Shown: positions 47,626 through 57,344 of the stretch, piece after piece | Layout of the letters: the number at the start of each line of letters is the position of its first letter | Position numbering within the stretch: position 1 is the first letter of the stretch | DNA from: Methanobacteriota archaeon | Lineage (GTDB): Archaea; JAADCQ01; Methanopyri; Methanopyrales; Methanopyraceae | DNA: 62,449 nt | Reading direction: 5' to 3' | NCBI GenBank assembly: GCA_027064305.1 | Contig: JAMOPY010000046.1 | Location: forward strand, 1 to 62,449 | Notes under the pieces: model-generated | What the model was told of the DNA's origin: nothing | The model's database searches: none | What the model saw: only the letters and a program-made list of their open reading frames with translations | Program-made: the position numbers and the translations under genes

Positions 47626-49332
47626 TTGCCGTCGGCGGTGGTCGTGGAGGACCTGAGGAAGGTCTACGAGACCGAGACGAGGGGTGAGGTGGTCGCGCTG
47701 GACGGGTTGAACCTGGAGGTGGAGGAGGGGGAGATTCACGGAATCCTGGGTCGGAGTGGGGCGGGCAAGAGCACGCTGATTCGGATCCTGCGCGGGGTCG
47801 AGCGGTTCGACGAGGGTAGGGTGGAGGTGTGCGGGATCGAGCTGACGCCGGACGCGCCGGAGTCCCGGTTCACCGAGGTGAAGAAGGTCACCGCGATCCA
47901 TCCGCAGCGGGAGTTCGGGCTGTGGCCGGAGACGGCGGCGGAGAACGTGATGCGGAAGCTGTACTGGAAGCGGTCGGGCGTGGAGGAGCTGCCCCCGGAG
48001 GACACGTCCGACTACGAGGAGCTGTACGAGGAGGCGTTGGAGTACCTGAGGATCGTGGGGCTGGAGCACAAGGCCGATCACTACGCCCCGGTGCTCTCGG
48101 GCGGCGAGAAGCAGCGGTTGCTGCTGGCGAGGCAGCTGGCCAAGGACCCGGAGGTCCTGCTCCTGGACGAGCCGGCGGCCATGTCCTGCCCGGGCACGAA
48201 GCAGCAGCTGCTGGACGCGATCCGACGGGCTAACGAGGAGAAGGGGCTGACCGTGATCGTCGTCTCGCACCTGACGGAGGTCATCGAGTACCTGTGCGAC
48301 ACGGCGACGCTGATCGAGGAGGGCAGGGACGTGCTGCACGGCTCTCCGAGGGAAGCGGTGGAGAGGTTGACCCGTGGGATGCCCGAGCCGGCCCCGAAGC
48401 CGGAGCCGGGGGAGGAGGTCGTTCTACGGGTCTCCGACCTCGAGAAGCGGTACCAGTTGCTGCGCTGCGGTGAGACGCTGCACATGCGGGACGTGAACCT
48501 GGAGGTGCGGCGGGGTGAGGTGCTGGCGGTGGTCGGTCCGAGCGGGGCGGGTAAGACGGTGCTGCTCCGGATGATCGCGGGGGTGGAGCTGCCGGACGGT
48601 GGGGAAATCGAGCTCAAGGTCGACGGTGAGTGGGTGAGCCTGACGGACCTGGGCTACGGTCGGATGGAGGCCCGTAGGCGGATCGGGATCGTGCACCAGG
48701 AGTTCGGGTACGTGCACCACGCCACGGTGCGGGACCTGCTCGCGGGCCGGCTGGGGGTGAAGAGCGCGAGCGTGCTGGAACGAGCGCGGGAGCGGGCCGA
48801 GGAGCTCGGGATCAGCGAAAAGGTGCTGGACGTACTCTACGCGCTGACGGACCTGCCGCGGGAGGAGGCGGAGGAGCGGTTGAAGGAGCTGGACCTCAGC
48901 CCGGAGATCCTGGATGAGCTGTTTCCGAGGCTGCCGGCGGAGGAGGTCGAGCGGTTCGCCAGGCCCGTGTTCCAGGCCTTCGACCTGCCCATGGAGGTGC
49001 TGGACATGAAGTTCGGCGAGCTGTCCGGGGGTCAGAAGGTCCGGGTGGCCATCGCGCTGGAGCTGGCCACCGAACCCGAGTTGCTCCTCCTGGATGAGCC
49101 GTTCGGGGACCTGGACCCCGTCACGCTGCGCAGCGTGACGAACTCGCTGAAGCGGTTCGTTGAGAGGCGCGGGATCACGACGATCCTGGTGAGTCACGAC
49201 GTGCGCTTCGTGGAGGAGACGGCCACCCGGGCGGTCCTGCTGGACGACGGTAGGATCGTGATGGAGGGAGGGCCGGAGGAGGTGTGTCGCGAGTTCGTGG
49301 AGAGGAGCGAGGCGCGGTTCCTGCAGTCGTAG
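47626..49332 (+). CDS. atwA: Methyl-coenzyme M reductase system component A2 (duplicated ABC ATPase)
   Basis: Two ABC domains (GRSGAGKS/LSGGEKQR and GPSGAGKT/LSGGQ); ARQLAK, MSCP, DEPFGDLDPVT. Confidence 0.8.
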   Translation: MPSAVVVEDLRKVYETETRGEVVALDGLNLEVEEGEIHGILGRSGAGKSTLIRILRGVERFDEGRVEVCGIELTPDAPESRFTEVKKVTAIHPQREFGLWPETAAENVMRKLYWKRSGVEELPPEDTSDYEELYEEALEYLRIVGLEHKADHYAPVLSGGEKQRLLLARQLAKDPEVLLLDEPAAMSCPGTKQQLLDAIRRANEEKGLTVIVVSHLTEVIEYLCDTATLIEEGRDVLHGSPREAVERLTRGMPEPAPKPEPGEEVVLRVSDLEKRYQLLRCGETLHMRDVNLEVRRGEVLAVVGPSGAGKTVLLRMIAGVELPDGGEIELKVDGEWVSLTDLGYGRMEARRRIGIVHQEFGYVHHATVRDLLAGRLGVKSASVLERARERAEELGISEKVLDVLYALTDLPREEAEERLKELDLSPEILDELFPRLPAEEVERFARPVFQAFDLPMEVLDMKFGELSGGQKVRVAIALELATEPELLLLDEPFGDLDPVTLRSVTNSLKRFVERRGITTILVSHDVRFVEETATRAVLLDDGRIVMEGGPEEVCREFVERSEARFLQS

Positions 49333-49391
49333 CGGGTCGGTCGGGCCCCTCCCCTCATCGGGCTCGGCTCTGCGGGACCTCCTCATCCCCG
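49333..49391 (-). ncRNA. Box C/D guide sRNA (second of a tandem pair)
   Basis: Minus strand: CGGG stem, C GGGATGA, guide, D' CCGA, C' CCGATGA, guide, D CCGA, CCCG stem. Confidence 0.68.
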
Positions 49392-49394
49392 ATC

Positions 49395-49459
49395 CGAGGA
49401 TCCGTCCCGGGTTCTATCCTCATCCGGGCCTCGGCTTGGCCGAGCCTCTTCATCCCTCG
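49395..49459 (-). ncRNA. Box C/D guide sRNA overlapping the ABCE1 stop codon
   Basis: Minus strand: CGAGG stem, C GGGATGA, D' CCGA, C' CGGATGA, D CGGA, CCTCG stem. Confidence 0.65.
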
Positions 49460-51249
49460 TAGAAGTACTCCCCGCGCCGCTTCTGCTCCCGATCCCGGTG
49501 GCTGCCCGGCTTGTTGGCCCGGGGGCGCCGCGTCTCCGGGTCGCGCCGGTACGTGACCCCCAGCTCGGACAGGAACCGGTTCATGGCCTCCCGCTTGCCC
49601 TCGGGAGGGTTCGCCCGTCCCTCCCGGCCCGGCTCGCCCTCGAAGACCATCATTCGATCGCTGATGTAGTCCAGCAGGAGCAGGTCGTGGTCCACCACGA
49701 TCGCCGCCGCCTCCCGGGCCTCGATCACCCGCCGGATCACCCGGGCCACGTTGATCCGCTCCTCCACGTCCAGGTAGGCGCTGGGCTCGTCCAGCAGGTA
49801 CAGGTCCGCGTCCCGGGACAGCGCCGCCGCCACGGCCACCCGCTGCAGCTCGCCACCGCTGAGCTCGTTGAGCGGTCGGTCCAGCAGGTACTCCAGGTCG
49901 AGCGGCTCCAGGATGTGGGATCGGTACCAGCTGGAGCCCCACTCGTCCCCGGCCGCCCGCTTCAGCGCGAGCTGCACGGGCTCCTCGGAGTCCACCTCCA
50001 GGTACTGGGGCTTGTACGACACCGTCACGTCCACGTCCAGCTCGCCCTCCGTCGGCTCCAGCACCCCGGCCAGCAGCTTGACGAAGGTGGTCTTACCGAT
50101 CGCGTTGGGCCCCAAGGCCCCCACGATCTCGCCCTCCCGGATCTCGCCCGGCTCCACGACCAGCCGGAACCCGCCGTCGTACTCCTTCACCAGCCGCCCG
50201 TACTCCACCAGCGTCTCCCGCTCACCGGCCTCCGCGTCGGCCGGCTTCTCCGGCAGCACCACCTCCTCGTCGCGGAATCGCACGTTCTCCGCCTCCAGGT
50301 ACCCCTTCAGGTACGCGTTGATGCCCTTGCCCACCCCCATCGGCTTGGAGACGATCCCGTAGGCCCCGCGCTTACCGTAGAGCACGTGCACCACGTCCGC
50401 GATGTAGTCCAGCGTGGCCAGGTCGTGCTCGATCACGAGCATGGGGATCTCTCGCTCCTCCACGATCTCCCGCAGGAGCCGCGCCAGCGTGAGCCGCTCC
50501 CGCACGTCCAGGTAGCTGCACGGCTCGTCCAGCACGATGAAGTCCGCCTCCCGGGACAGCGCGGCGACGATCGCCACCCGCTGCAGCTCGCCCCCGCTCA
50601 GCTCCGAAACGTCCCGGTCCAGCGCCCCGTCCAACCCCAGCCGCCGCGCGAGCTCGTCCGCGATCCCGAGCTCGTCCACGTCCTCCAGAACCTCCCGGAC
50701 CCGACCCTTCACCACCTTGGGCAGGGCCTCAACGTACTGGGGCTTGAGCACGGCGCGGAGCTCGCCGTCCGCGAGCCGGCGGAAGTGCTCCTGCAGCTCG
50801 GTGCCCGCGAACGCCCGGATGATCTCGTCCCAGTCCGGGTCGGCCTCCGGGTCGCCGAGGTTGGGCTTCAGCTCGCCCGTGAGGATCCTGGCGGAGGTCG
50901 TCTTGCCGATCGCGTTCCGACCGACGAGGCCCGTCACCCGGCCCGGCTTCGGGACCGGTAACCGGTACAGGCGGAAGCCTCCCTCCCCGTACCGGTGCAC
51001 GCACTCCCCCCCGAGCTCCTCGGGGAGCCGGACGACCTTGATCGCGTCGAACGGGCACTTCTGCGCGCAGATGCCGCACCCGGTGCAGAGCTCCTCGGAG
51101 ATCACCGGCTTACCCGAGTCCTCGTCGATCTGGATCGTCTCCTTCCCCGTCTTGACGCCCGGGCAGAACCGCTGGCACACGTAGTCGCACTTCGAACCGC
51201 CCTTGCACCGCTCGCGGTCGATGATCGCGACCCGGTCGATAGTCGTCAC
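49450..51249 (-). CDS. rli: Ribosome recycling ATPase ABCE1/RLI
   Basis: N-terminal Fe-S domain (CTGCGICAQKCP), two ABC domains, RPRANKPGS. Confidence 0.95.
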   Translation of the reverse strand: MTTIDRVAIIDRERCKGGSKCDYVCQRFCPGVKTGKETIQIDEDSGKPVISEELCTGCGICAQKCPFDAIKVVRLPEELGGECVHRYGEGGFRLYRLPVPKPGRVTGLVGRNAIGKTTSARILTGELKPNLGDPEADPDWDEIIRAFAGTELQEHFRRLADGELRAVLKPQYVEALPKVVKGRVREVLEDVDELGIADELARRLGLDGALDRDVSELSGGELQRVAIVAALSREADFIVLDEPCSYLDVRERLTLARLLREIVEEREIPMLVIEHDLATLDYIADVVHVLYGKRGAYGIVSKPMGVGKGINAYLKGYLEAENVRFRDEEVVLPEKPADAEAGERETLVEYGRLVKEYDGGFRLVVEPGEIREGEIVGALGPNAIGKTTFVKLLAGVLEPTEGELDVDVTVSYKPQYLEVDSEEPVQLALKRAAGDEWGSSWYRSHILEPLDLEYLLDRPLNELSGGELQRVAVAAALSRDADLYLLDEPSAYLDVEERINVARVIRRVIEAREAAAIVVDHDLLLLDYISDRMMVFEGEPGREGRANPPEGKREAMNRFLSELGVTYRRDPETRRPRANKPGSHRDREQKRRGEYFYEG

Positions 51250-51252
51250 CCC

Positions 51253-51522
51253 CTACGCCGGGTAGTTGTAGAAGTACGTCCAGGAAAGGAGCCAGGAGGC
51301 GAGGTACGCGCCCAGCCCGTAGGCCAGCCATCCCTTGGCCCCGCCGATCCGCTCCGCCTCCACCAGCCTCTCCAGGACCCTCCCCAGCAGGAACGGGACC
51401 GCCAGGAGGAGCGCGCCCAGGAGCGGTCCGCCGCGGATCGCCATCAGGTACCCGGCCAGGACCCCTAAACCCTCGTGGAGTAGGGCCAGGAGCAGCTTGT
51501 ACAGTGGGTCTCCACCGTTCAA
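51253..51522 (-). CDS. Small membrane protein (archaeal EMC6-like)
   Basis: 89 aa with three TM segments, KGWLAYG and WTYFYN. Confidence 0.65.
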   Translation of the reverse strand: MNGGDPLYKLLLALLHEGLGVLAGYLMAIRGGPLLGALLLAVPFLLGRVLERLVEAERIGGAKGWLAYGLGAYLASWLLSWTYFYNYPA

Positions 51523-51626
51523 CCTCCCGCCTCCCCACGGGTCGCTCTCGGCGGGCGCGCCGCCGGTACCGATTTCTTTTTTGCCGTGATCCGGTTCATG
51601 GGGCGAGGAGCGCAGGGGGGCTGCGG

Positions 51627-52808
51627 TTGAAGGTTTTCGAGCAGCCCGTGGAGGAGATCATGACCCCGGCGGAGAAGGTCATCACGGCGGATCCGGACGA
51701 GCCCATCTCGAAGATCTTCGCGAAGATGGAGCGGTACGGGGTCAAGGAGATCCCGCTCGTCCGGGACGGTGAGGTGGTAGGCATCGTCTCGTACTACGAC
51801 GTGGTGGACGCGCACGTTGTCTCGGATCCCTCCTCGGTTAAATCGGAAACGCTGAAGATCAAGCCGGAAACCATCACCCCGGACACGCTCATCGTGGAGG
51901 CGATCACGGAGATGCTGGACTCGGGCCTCCGGGCGCTGCCCGTGGTCGAGGACGGGGAGTTCGCGGGCCTCGTCACGGAGTACGACATCATCGACGTGGC
52001 GCGCGAGTCGGAGCGGCTGGAGGAGATCGACGCGCGCGAGATCATGAACTCGCCGCCGATCACGATCCACGAGGACGAGACGATCGCGAAGGCCCGGGCC
52101 CTGATGCGCGATCACGGGATCAGCCGGCTCCCCGTGGTGAACGACGAGAACAAGCTCCGGGGCATCGTGACGACCACGGACATCATCCGCGAGGTGATCA
52201 AGCCGATCACGCGCCTGGGCAAGACGGACCGGAAGGGGGAGAAGGTGCCCGCCTTCGGCCACCCGGTGAAGAGCATCATGAGCTCCCCGTGCATTCGGTC
52301 GGAGCCGGACGAGACCGTCGTCGACCTGTGCGAGAAGATCGTCGAACATCGGATCCGAGGCATGCCGATCGTCAACCAGCTGGAGGAACCCATCGGCGTC
52401 GTGACGCGGCGCGACATCCTGCGGAAGATCCCGGAGCTGATGCGCCAGCGGGGCGTGTTCGTCTCGCTCAAGGGCGTCGAGGACGTGGACGACTTCACCC
52501 TCGTCATCCTGCGCAAGTCGATCGCGGCCGCGATTCAGAAGCTCGCCTCCATGCGACCCACCATCGAGGCGGCGGAGGTGCACGTCAAGCGGTACCACGA
52601 GGAGGGTAACCGCCACAAGTACTCGGTCCGCATCCACGTGAAGGACGCGCGCAACGTGATCTCCGTGAAGGCGCACGACTGGGACCTCATCACCGCCCTG
52701 AAAAAGGCCATCCGGCACCTGCTTCGGGAGACGCTGGGCGAGGAGGAGAAGGAGGAGACCGTGCAGCGGAGGGAGGCGCTGAAGGCCAAGCTGCAGCGGG
52801 GCGAGTAG
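51627..52808 (+). CDS. Tandem CBS-domain protein with C-terminal HPF/RaiA-like domain (putative hibernation factor)
   Basis: Four CBS repeats, then EVHVKRY...KYSVRIHV...VKAHDWDLITALKKAI. Confidence 0.82.
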   Translation: MKVFEQPVEEIMTPAEKVITADPDEPISKIFAKMERYGVKEIPLVRDGEVVGIVSYYDVVDAHVVSDPSSVKSETLKIKPETITPDTLIVEAITEMLDSGLRALPVVEDGEFAGLVTEYDIIDVARESERLEEIDAREIMNSPPITIHEDETIAKARALMRDHGISRLPVVNDENKLRGIVTTTDIIREVIKPITRLGKTDRKGEKVPAFGHPVKSIMSSPCIRSEPDETVVDLCEKIVEHRIRGMPIVNQLEEPIGVVTRRDILRKIPELMRQRGVFVSLKGVEDVDDFTLVILRKSIAAAIQKLASMRPTIEAAEVHVKRYHEEGNRHKYSVRIHVKDARNVISVKAHDWDLITALKKAIRHLLRETLGEEEKEETVQRREALKAKLQRGE

Positions 52809-52836
52809 CCCCCACCGTCCCGGGCGGGGCCCTCAG

Positions 52837-54849
52837 GTGCGAGCCTGGTCCAAGGACGCGATGACCTCCTTCGACGCCCGCGCCGCCGCCCGCGAGCTTC
52901 ACTCCTTCCTGGAAGGGGCCCTGATCGACAAGGTCTACCAGGTGGACGAGGGCGAGCTGAAGGTCAAGCTCCACGTGCCCGGGCTGGGCTCGCACTACCT
53001 GGCCATCGAGCCCGGCCGGCGCGTCCACTTAACGTGGCGCCCCAAACCCAGCCCGGACAGCCCCACCCCCGCCGCCCAGGCCCTGCGCAAGGTGCTCAGC
53101 GGGGACCGGATCGAGTCCGTCTCCCAGGTCGAGTTCGATCGGATCCTCAGGTTCGACCTGCGCTCCGGGCGCCGCGTGTACGTGGAGCTCTTGCCCAAGG
53201 GAACCCTGGCCGTCGTCGATGAGGACGGCGTGATCGAGCAGGCCTTCCCGGCCCGACGCTTCCGGGATCGCGCGGTGGTCCCCGGCGAGGAGTACCGGAC
53301 GCCCGAGCCCCCTCCCAACCCCTACGAGCTGGACGAGGACGAGTTCCTGAGGCTGCTGCTGGAGTCCGAGCGCGACGTGGTCCGGACCCTCGCCGTCGAG
53401 GTGGGGCTGGGTGGCCTCTACGCCGAGGAGGTGCTCCTGCGGGCCGGCCTGTTCGGGGAGCGGGAGCGGCACGCTTCCGAGCTCGGGCGGGAGGATCTGA
53501 GGGAGCTGTACGAGACGCTCCGGGACCTGCTGGGCCAGGTCTCCTCGGGCGACCTACGCCCGACCCTGTACGAGGTGGAGGAGGGGTACGTTGACGCGAC
53601 GCCCGTTCCGCTGGAGCGGTACCGGGAGGAGGGCGTCGAGCTGGTGGAGAAGGACACGTTCCAGCGGGCCCTGGACGAGTACTACGTGGGCGAGTTCCTG
53701 GCCCGGGAGGAGGAGAAGGCGCGGGAGGAGTGGGAGCGGGAGAGGAGGAGGCTGGAGCGTACGATCGAGCGGCAGCGGGAGAGCGTGGAACGGTTGGAGG
53801 CGAAGGCCCGGCGGCTCCGGGAGCGCGCGAACGCGCTCTACATGAACTATCAGTTGGTCGATGGGATCCTGCGGGAGCTGCGGCGGGCGGAGGAGAAGGG
53901 GTACTCCCTGGAGGAGATCAAGCGGAGGATCCTGGAGGCCAAGGGGTCCGGGATCGAGGAGGTCGAGCGGATTGTGGACGTGGACGTTGACAACCGGCGC
54001 GTGATCCTGAGGCTGGAGGGGGAGGACGGCGAGGTCACCGTCCCCGTGCCGCTGGACGAGGACGTGCACTCCGTCGCCTCCAGGCTGTTCGACAGGGCCA
54101 AGGAGCTGGAGCGGAAGGCCGAGCGGGCCCGGGAGGTGCTCGAGGAGAAGGAGCGCGAGCTGGAGCGGCTGCTGGAGGAGGGGCCGCCGGAGGTTCGGCT
54201 GGAGGAGCTGACCGTTCGGCTGACGAAGCGGCGGAAGAAGGCGTGGTACGAGCGGTTCCGGTGGTTCATCTCCTCGGACGGATTCATCGTCATCGGGGGC
54301 TCGGACGCGCACACGAACGAGCTGATCCTGCGGCGCTACCTCGAGGATCACGACATCCTGGTGCACGCGCACGTGCACGGCGCGCCGCACGTCGTGATCA
54401 AGACGGAGGGTAAGGAGGTGCCGGAGCGCACGCTGCGGGAGGCGGCCGTGTTCGCGGCCTCGTACTCGAGGGCGTGGCGGTGGGGGCTGCGGGCCGCGGA
54501 CGTTTACTGGGTGCCGGCCGAGCAGGTGGACAAGTCGGCCGAGGCGCCGCACGGTGGAGCGATCATCCGGGGACGGCGGAACTGGTTCCGGCGCGTGGAG
54601 CTGGAGGTGGCCGTGGGCATCCAGGAGGTCGAGGGGGGTTACCGGGTGATGGGCGGGCCGGTGTCCGCGGTGAAGCGGCACTGCCTGACGTACGGGGTGA
54701 TGGTGCCGGGCGAGGAGAAGAAGTCGGCCGTGGCCAAGCGGCTGTTCGAGACGTTCAAGGAGGAGGTGGAGGACCTGCGACGCTACGTGACCGTGGACGA
54801 CATCATGCGCGCCATGCCGCCGGGCAAGGCCCGGTTGGTGGAGTCCTAG
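52837..54849 (+). CDS. rqcH: Rqc2/NEMF (NFACT) ribosome quality-control protein
   Basis: MTSFD, FDRI, GLGGLYAEE, WYERFRWF, GSDAHTNE, HAHVHGAP, YSRAW. Confidence 0.92.
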   Translation: MRAWSKDAMTSFDARAAARELHSFLEGALIDKVYQVDEGELKVKLHVPGLGSHYLAIEPGRRVHLTWRPKPSPDSPTPAAQALRKVLSGDRIESVSQVEFDRILRFDLRSGRRVYVELLPKGTLAVVDEDGVIEQAFPARRFRDRAVVPGEEYRTPEPPPNPYELDEDEFLRLLLESERDVVRTLAVEVGLGGLYAEEVLLRAGLFGERERHASELGREDLRELYETLRDLLGQVSSGDLRPTLYEVEEGYVDATPVPLERYREEGVELVEKDTFQRALDEYYVGEFLAREEEKAREEWERERRRLERTIERQRESVERLEAKARRLRERANALYMNYQLVDGILRELRRAEEKGYSLEEIKRRILEAKGSGIEEVERIVDVDVDNRRVILRLEGEDGEVTVPVPLDEDVHSVASRLFDRAKELERKAERAREVLEEKERELERLLEEGPPEVRLEELTVRLTKRRKKAWYERFRWFISSDGFIVIGGSDAHTNELILRRYLEDHDILVHAHVHGAPHVVIKTEGKEVPERTLREAAVFAASYSRAWRWGLRAADVYWVPAEQVDKSAEAPHGGAIIRGRRNWFRRVELEVAVGIQEVEGGYRVMGGPVSAVKRHCLTYGVMVPGEEKKSAVAKRLFETFKEEVEDLRRYVTVDDIMRAMPPGKARLVES

Positions 54850-55451
54850 CCCCGGTTTCGCCCCTCGAGCCGCCACTCGTCCCCGGCTCGCCTCGCCACG
54901 ACCGCGCAGACGAAGTGGTCGAACGACGCGACCGGATCGATCTCGAGCGGGTCGTCGTCGGTGAGCCTCACGTTGGGTTCCCTGGGCACGGTCGAGTACT
55001 CGCCGTAGACCGAGAGTAGGTACCCCTCCCCGTCCCCCGGTTCGACTCGAACGAAGGCGATCTCGTCGGGCGCCGCCTTCCCGAGCCACGCGCTCCTCCC
55101 GTCGGTCACCAGGCCGATGCGTGGGGTTCCGTACTCGTCGTGCTCGTAATCCATGGCGAGGGTCACGGAGGCCAGGGCCTCACGGGGCGGCACCCCGTCC
55201 TCCAGCTTGTCCGCGATGGGGACGGTCTGCGCCCCGTTGGTTAGCACCAGGTGCCGATTCACGACCCGGGCGCACGGGTAGACGACGTACGGGTTCTCGA
55301 CCGCGTACTCCGGATCCTCCGGCACGATGTGCGCCTCGTCGTCGGACACCCGGGCCCGCCGGTCGGGGAAGCTGCGGCTGCACACCCCGTAGACGGCGAT
55401 CGGCGTTCCCGACTCCGTCCGACCGAACAGCAGGAACCGGCCCACGTACAT
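54846..55451 (-). CDS. purO: Archaeal IMP cyclohydrolase
   Basis: MYVGRFL, SRSFPDR, NPYVVY, TNGAQT, DYEHDEYGTPRI. Confidence 0.93.
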   Translation of the reverse strand: MYVGRFLLFGRTESGTPIAVYGVCSRSFPDRRARVSDDEAHIVPEDPEYAVENPYVVYPCARVVNRHLVLTNGAQTVPIADKLEDGVPPREALASVTLAMDYEHDEYGTPRIGLVTDGRSAWLGKAAPDEIAFVRVEPGDGEGYLLSVYGEYSTVPREPNVRLTDDDPLEIDPVASFDHFVCAVVARRAGDEWRLEGRNRG

Positions 55452-55457
55452 CGAGGC

Positions 55458-56006
55458 TCACCCGGTCTCCTTCCAGGAGAGCTCGTTCCCGTGGGCGTCG
55501 ACCGTGACGATGAGGGGACCGAACTCGCGGACCTCCAGGATCCACATGGCCTCCGGCACGCCCAGGTCCCGCCAGCACACGTCCCGGATCCGCTCCACGC
55601 GCTCGGAGAGCAGCGCCGCGCACCCGCCCGGGGCCGTCAGGTACACGGCCCGCCCCTTCATGAGCTTCGGGGCCTCGGGGCCCATGCCGCCCTTCCCCAC
55701 GATGACTCGGACGCCCGCCTCCAGCACGTCCTCCAGGTACTTGGCCATCCTCGTGCTCGTGGTGGGTCCCACGACGACGAGCTCGTAGTCGCCGTCCCGC
55801 TTGCGGACGACGGGGCCGGCGTGGAAGATGGCGGCGCGGTCCAGGTCGACGGGCGGCTCGCGCCCCTCGTCGAACATGCGCTGGTGGGCCTTGTCTCGGG
55901 CGGTGATCAGCGTCCCGTTCAGGTAGACCACGTCGCCAACCTTGAGCTCGAGCAGCCTGTCCGGGTCCCGCACGGGCACGGTCAGCCGGTGCTCGCTCGG
56001 GCTCAC
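55458..56006 (-). CDS. Fe-S hydro-lyase (fumarate hydratase/tartrate dehydratase) beta subunit
   Basis: TARDKAH, HAGP, GPTTSTRM, GKGG, DLGVPEA, DAHGN. Confidence 0.9.
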   Translation of the reverse strand: MSPSEHRLTVPVRDPDRLLELKVGDVVYLNGTLITARDKAHQRMFDEGREPPVDLDRAAIFHAGPVVRKRDGDYELVVVGPTTSTRMAKYLEDVLEAGVRVIVGKGGMGPEAPKLMKGRAVYLTAPGGCAALLSERVERIRDVCWRDLGVPEAMWILEVREFGPLIVTVDAHGNELSWKETG

Positions 56007-56920
56007 TCCACCTCGCCCCTCGGGTAGTCGTCCTGAACGATCTCGTAAAACCCGTCAGGGTAGATGATGGCCGTGGCCCTGCGGTTCGCCCAGCACTGGA
56101 TGTTGACCGCCACGGGCAGGCCGGCCGTGTGGGTGTAGGCCATCTCGATGTTCACGGCGAGGGCGGTCGTGTCCCCGCCGAGCCCCATGGGTCCGATTCC
56201 GAGCTCGTTCACGGCGTCCAGCAGCCGCTCCTCGAGGTCGGCGAGGGCGGGATCGGGATTGCGGACGTTGAGGGGCCGGAAGAGGGCGAGCTTGGCCAGG
56301 AACGCCGCCTCCTCGATGGTGCCGCCCACGCCCACCCCGAGCACGATGGGCGGGCACGGCATCCCGCCGGCCCGCTTCACGGTGTCCAGCACGAAGTCCC
56401 AGATCCCGCTGAGCCCCTCCGTGGGGAGCAGTCGGGTCACGGCGCTGGAGTTCTCGGAGCCGAACCCCTTGGGCATGAAGTGGAGGCGCAGCTCCTCCCC
56501 CTTGGTCGGGACGAACCGGATCACGGGCGCCCGGCGCCCGGTGTTGTCGCCGGTGTTCTCCCGGGTGATGGGGTGAACCACGTTGGGTCGGAGGGGGATC
56601 TCCTCGGTCGCGCGCTGCACGCCCCTCTTGATGCCCTTCTGAATGGTCTCGGCGAGCCGGACGGGGAAGCGGCGTCCCACCTCCGCGATCACCGTGATCA
56701 GTCCCGTGTCCTGGCACATGGGTACCTCCTTTTCCCTCGCGATCCGGACGTTCTCGAGGATGGCGTCCAGGATCATCCGGGCCCTCTCGTTGCTCTCCTC
56801 CTCGCGGGCGCGCTCCAGGGACTCCATCACGTCTTCGGGCAGGCGGGTCTCGGCCACCCTGAGCGCCTCAACGGTGGCCTCGGCGATGCTCTCCACGAGC
56901 TCCTCCTCCGACTCCGACAC
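56003..56920 (-). CDS. Fe-S hydro-lyase (fumarate hydratase) alpha subunit
   Basis: PMCQDTG, PKGFGSEN, PCPP, GIGPMGLGG, QCWANR; GTG 56920 with SD. Confidence 0.92.
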   Translation of the reverse strand: MSESEEELVESIAEATVEALRVAETRLPEDVMESLERAREEESNERARMILDAILENVRIAREKEVPMCQDTGLITVIAEVGRRFPVRLAETIQKGIKRGVQRATEEIPLRPNVVHPITRENTGDNTGRRAPVIRFVPTKGEELRLHFMPKGFGSENSSAVTRLLPTEGLSGIWDFVLDTVKRAGGMPCPPIVLGVGVGGTIEEAAFLAKLALFRPLNVRNPDPALADLEERLLDAVNELGIGPMGLGGDTTALAVNIEMAYTHTAGLPVAVNIQCWANRRATAIIYPDGFYEIVQDDYPRGEVE

Positions 56921-57344
56921 CTCGACCACCCCGGATCCGGGCGAGGGTGCGGGCGGTTCGGTAGCGGGCCCAGAGCGCGCGTTCCGGGAGCCGCGCGGTC
57001 GTGGCGGCGCCGGGGATCGGGCAGGCCTCGACGCAGGGTGGGTACTCCCGGTCCGGGCATCCGTCGCACTTGACGGCGCCATCGTCGCGGATCACGATAC
57101 CGTTGACCGGGCAGGCCTCGACGCACCGACCGCAGGCCGTGCACCGGTCGGTGTCGACGCGGAGCGTGTCCCCGACGGGCACGATGGCTTGCACGGGGCA
57201 GGCCTCGGCGCAGGGGGCGCGCTCAGGGTGGCAGTGAACGCACTTGACGGGGCGGCCGTGCTCGATGCGGACGGCGCCCTTCGGGCAGGCCTCGACGCAC
57301 CGACCGCACCCTACGCACTCGGGCAGGCCGGTCCAGACCTTCAC
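56868..57344 (-). CDS. Polyferredoxin (PorE/PorF-like)
   Basis: Multiple CxxCxxCxxxCP motifs; directly downstream of porB. Confidence 0.8.
   Translation of the reverse strand: MKVWTGLPECVGCGRCVEACPKGAVRIEHGRPVKCVHCHPERAPCAEACPVQAIVPVGDTLRVDTDRCTACGRCVEACPVNGIVIRDDGAVKCDGCPDREYPPCVEACPIPGAATTARLPERALWARYRTARTLARIRGGRGVGVGGGARGEHRRGHR

Noticed and set aside
49371-49382. C/D guide segment GAGGTCCCGC matches the tRNA-Phe intron hairpin (231-240, complementary to 250-259)
   Set aside because: Only about 10 nt in GC-rich DNA, not adjacent to the D' box, and the site is buried in a stable stem; probably chance.
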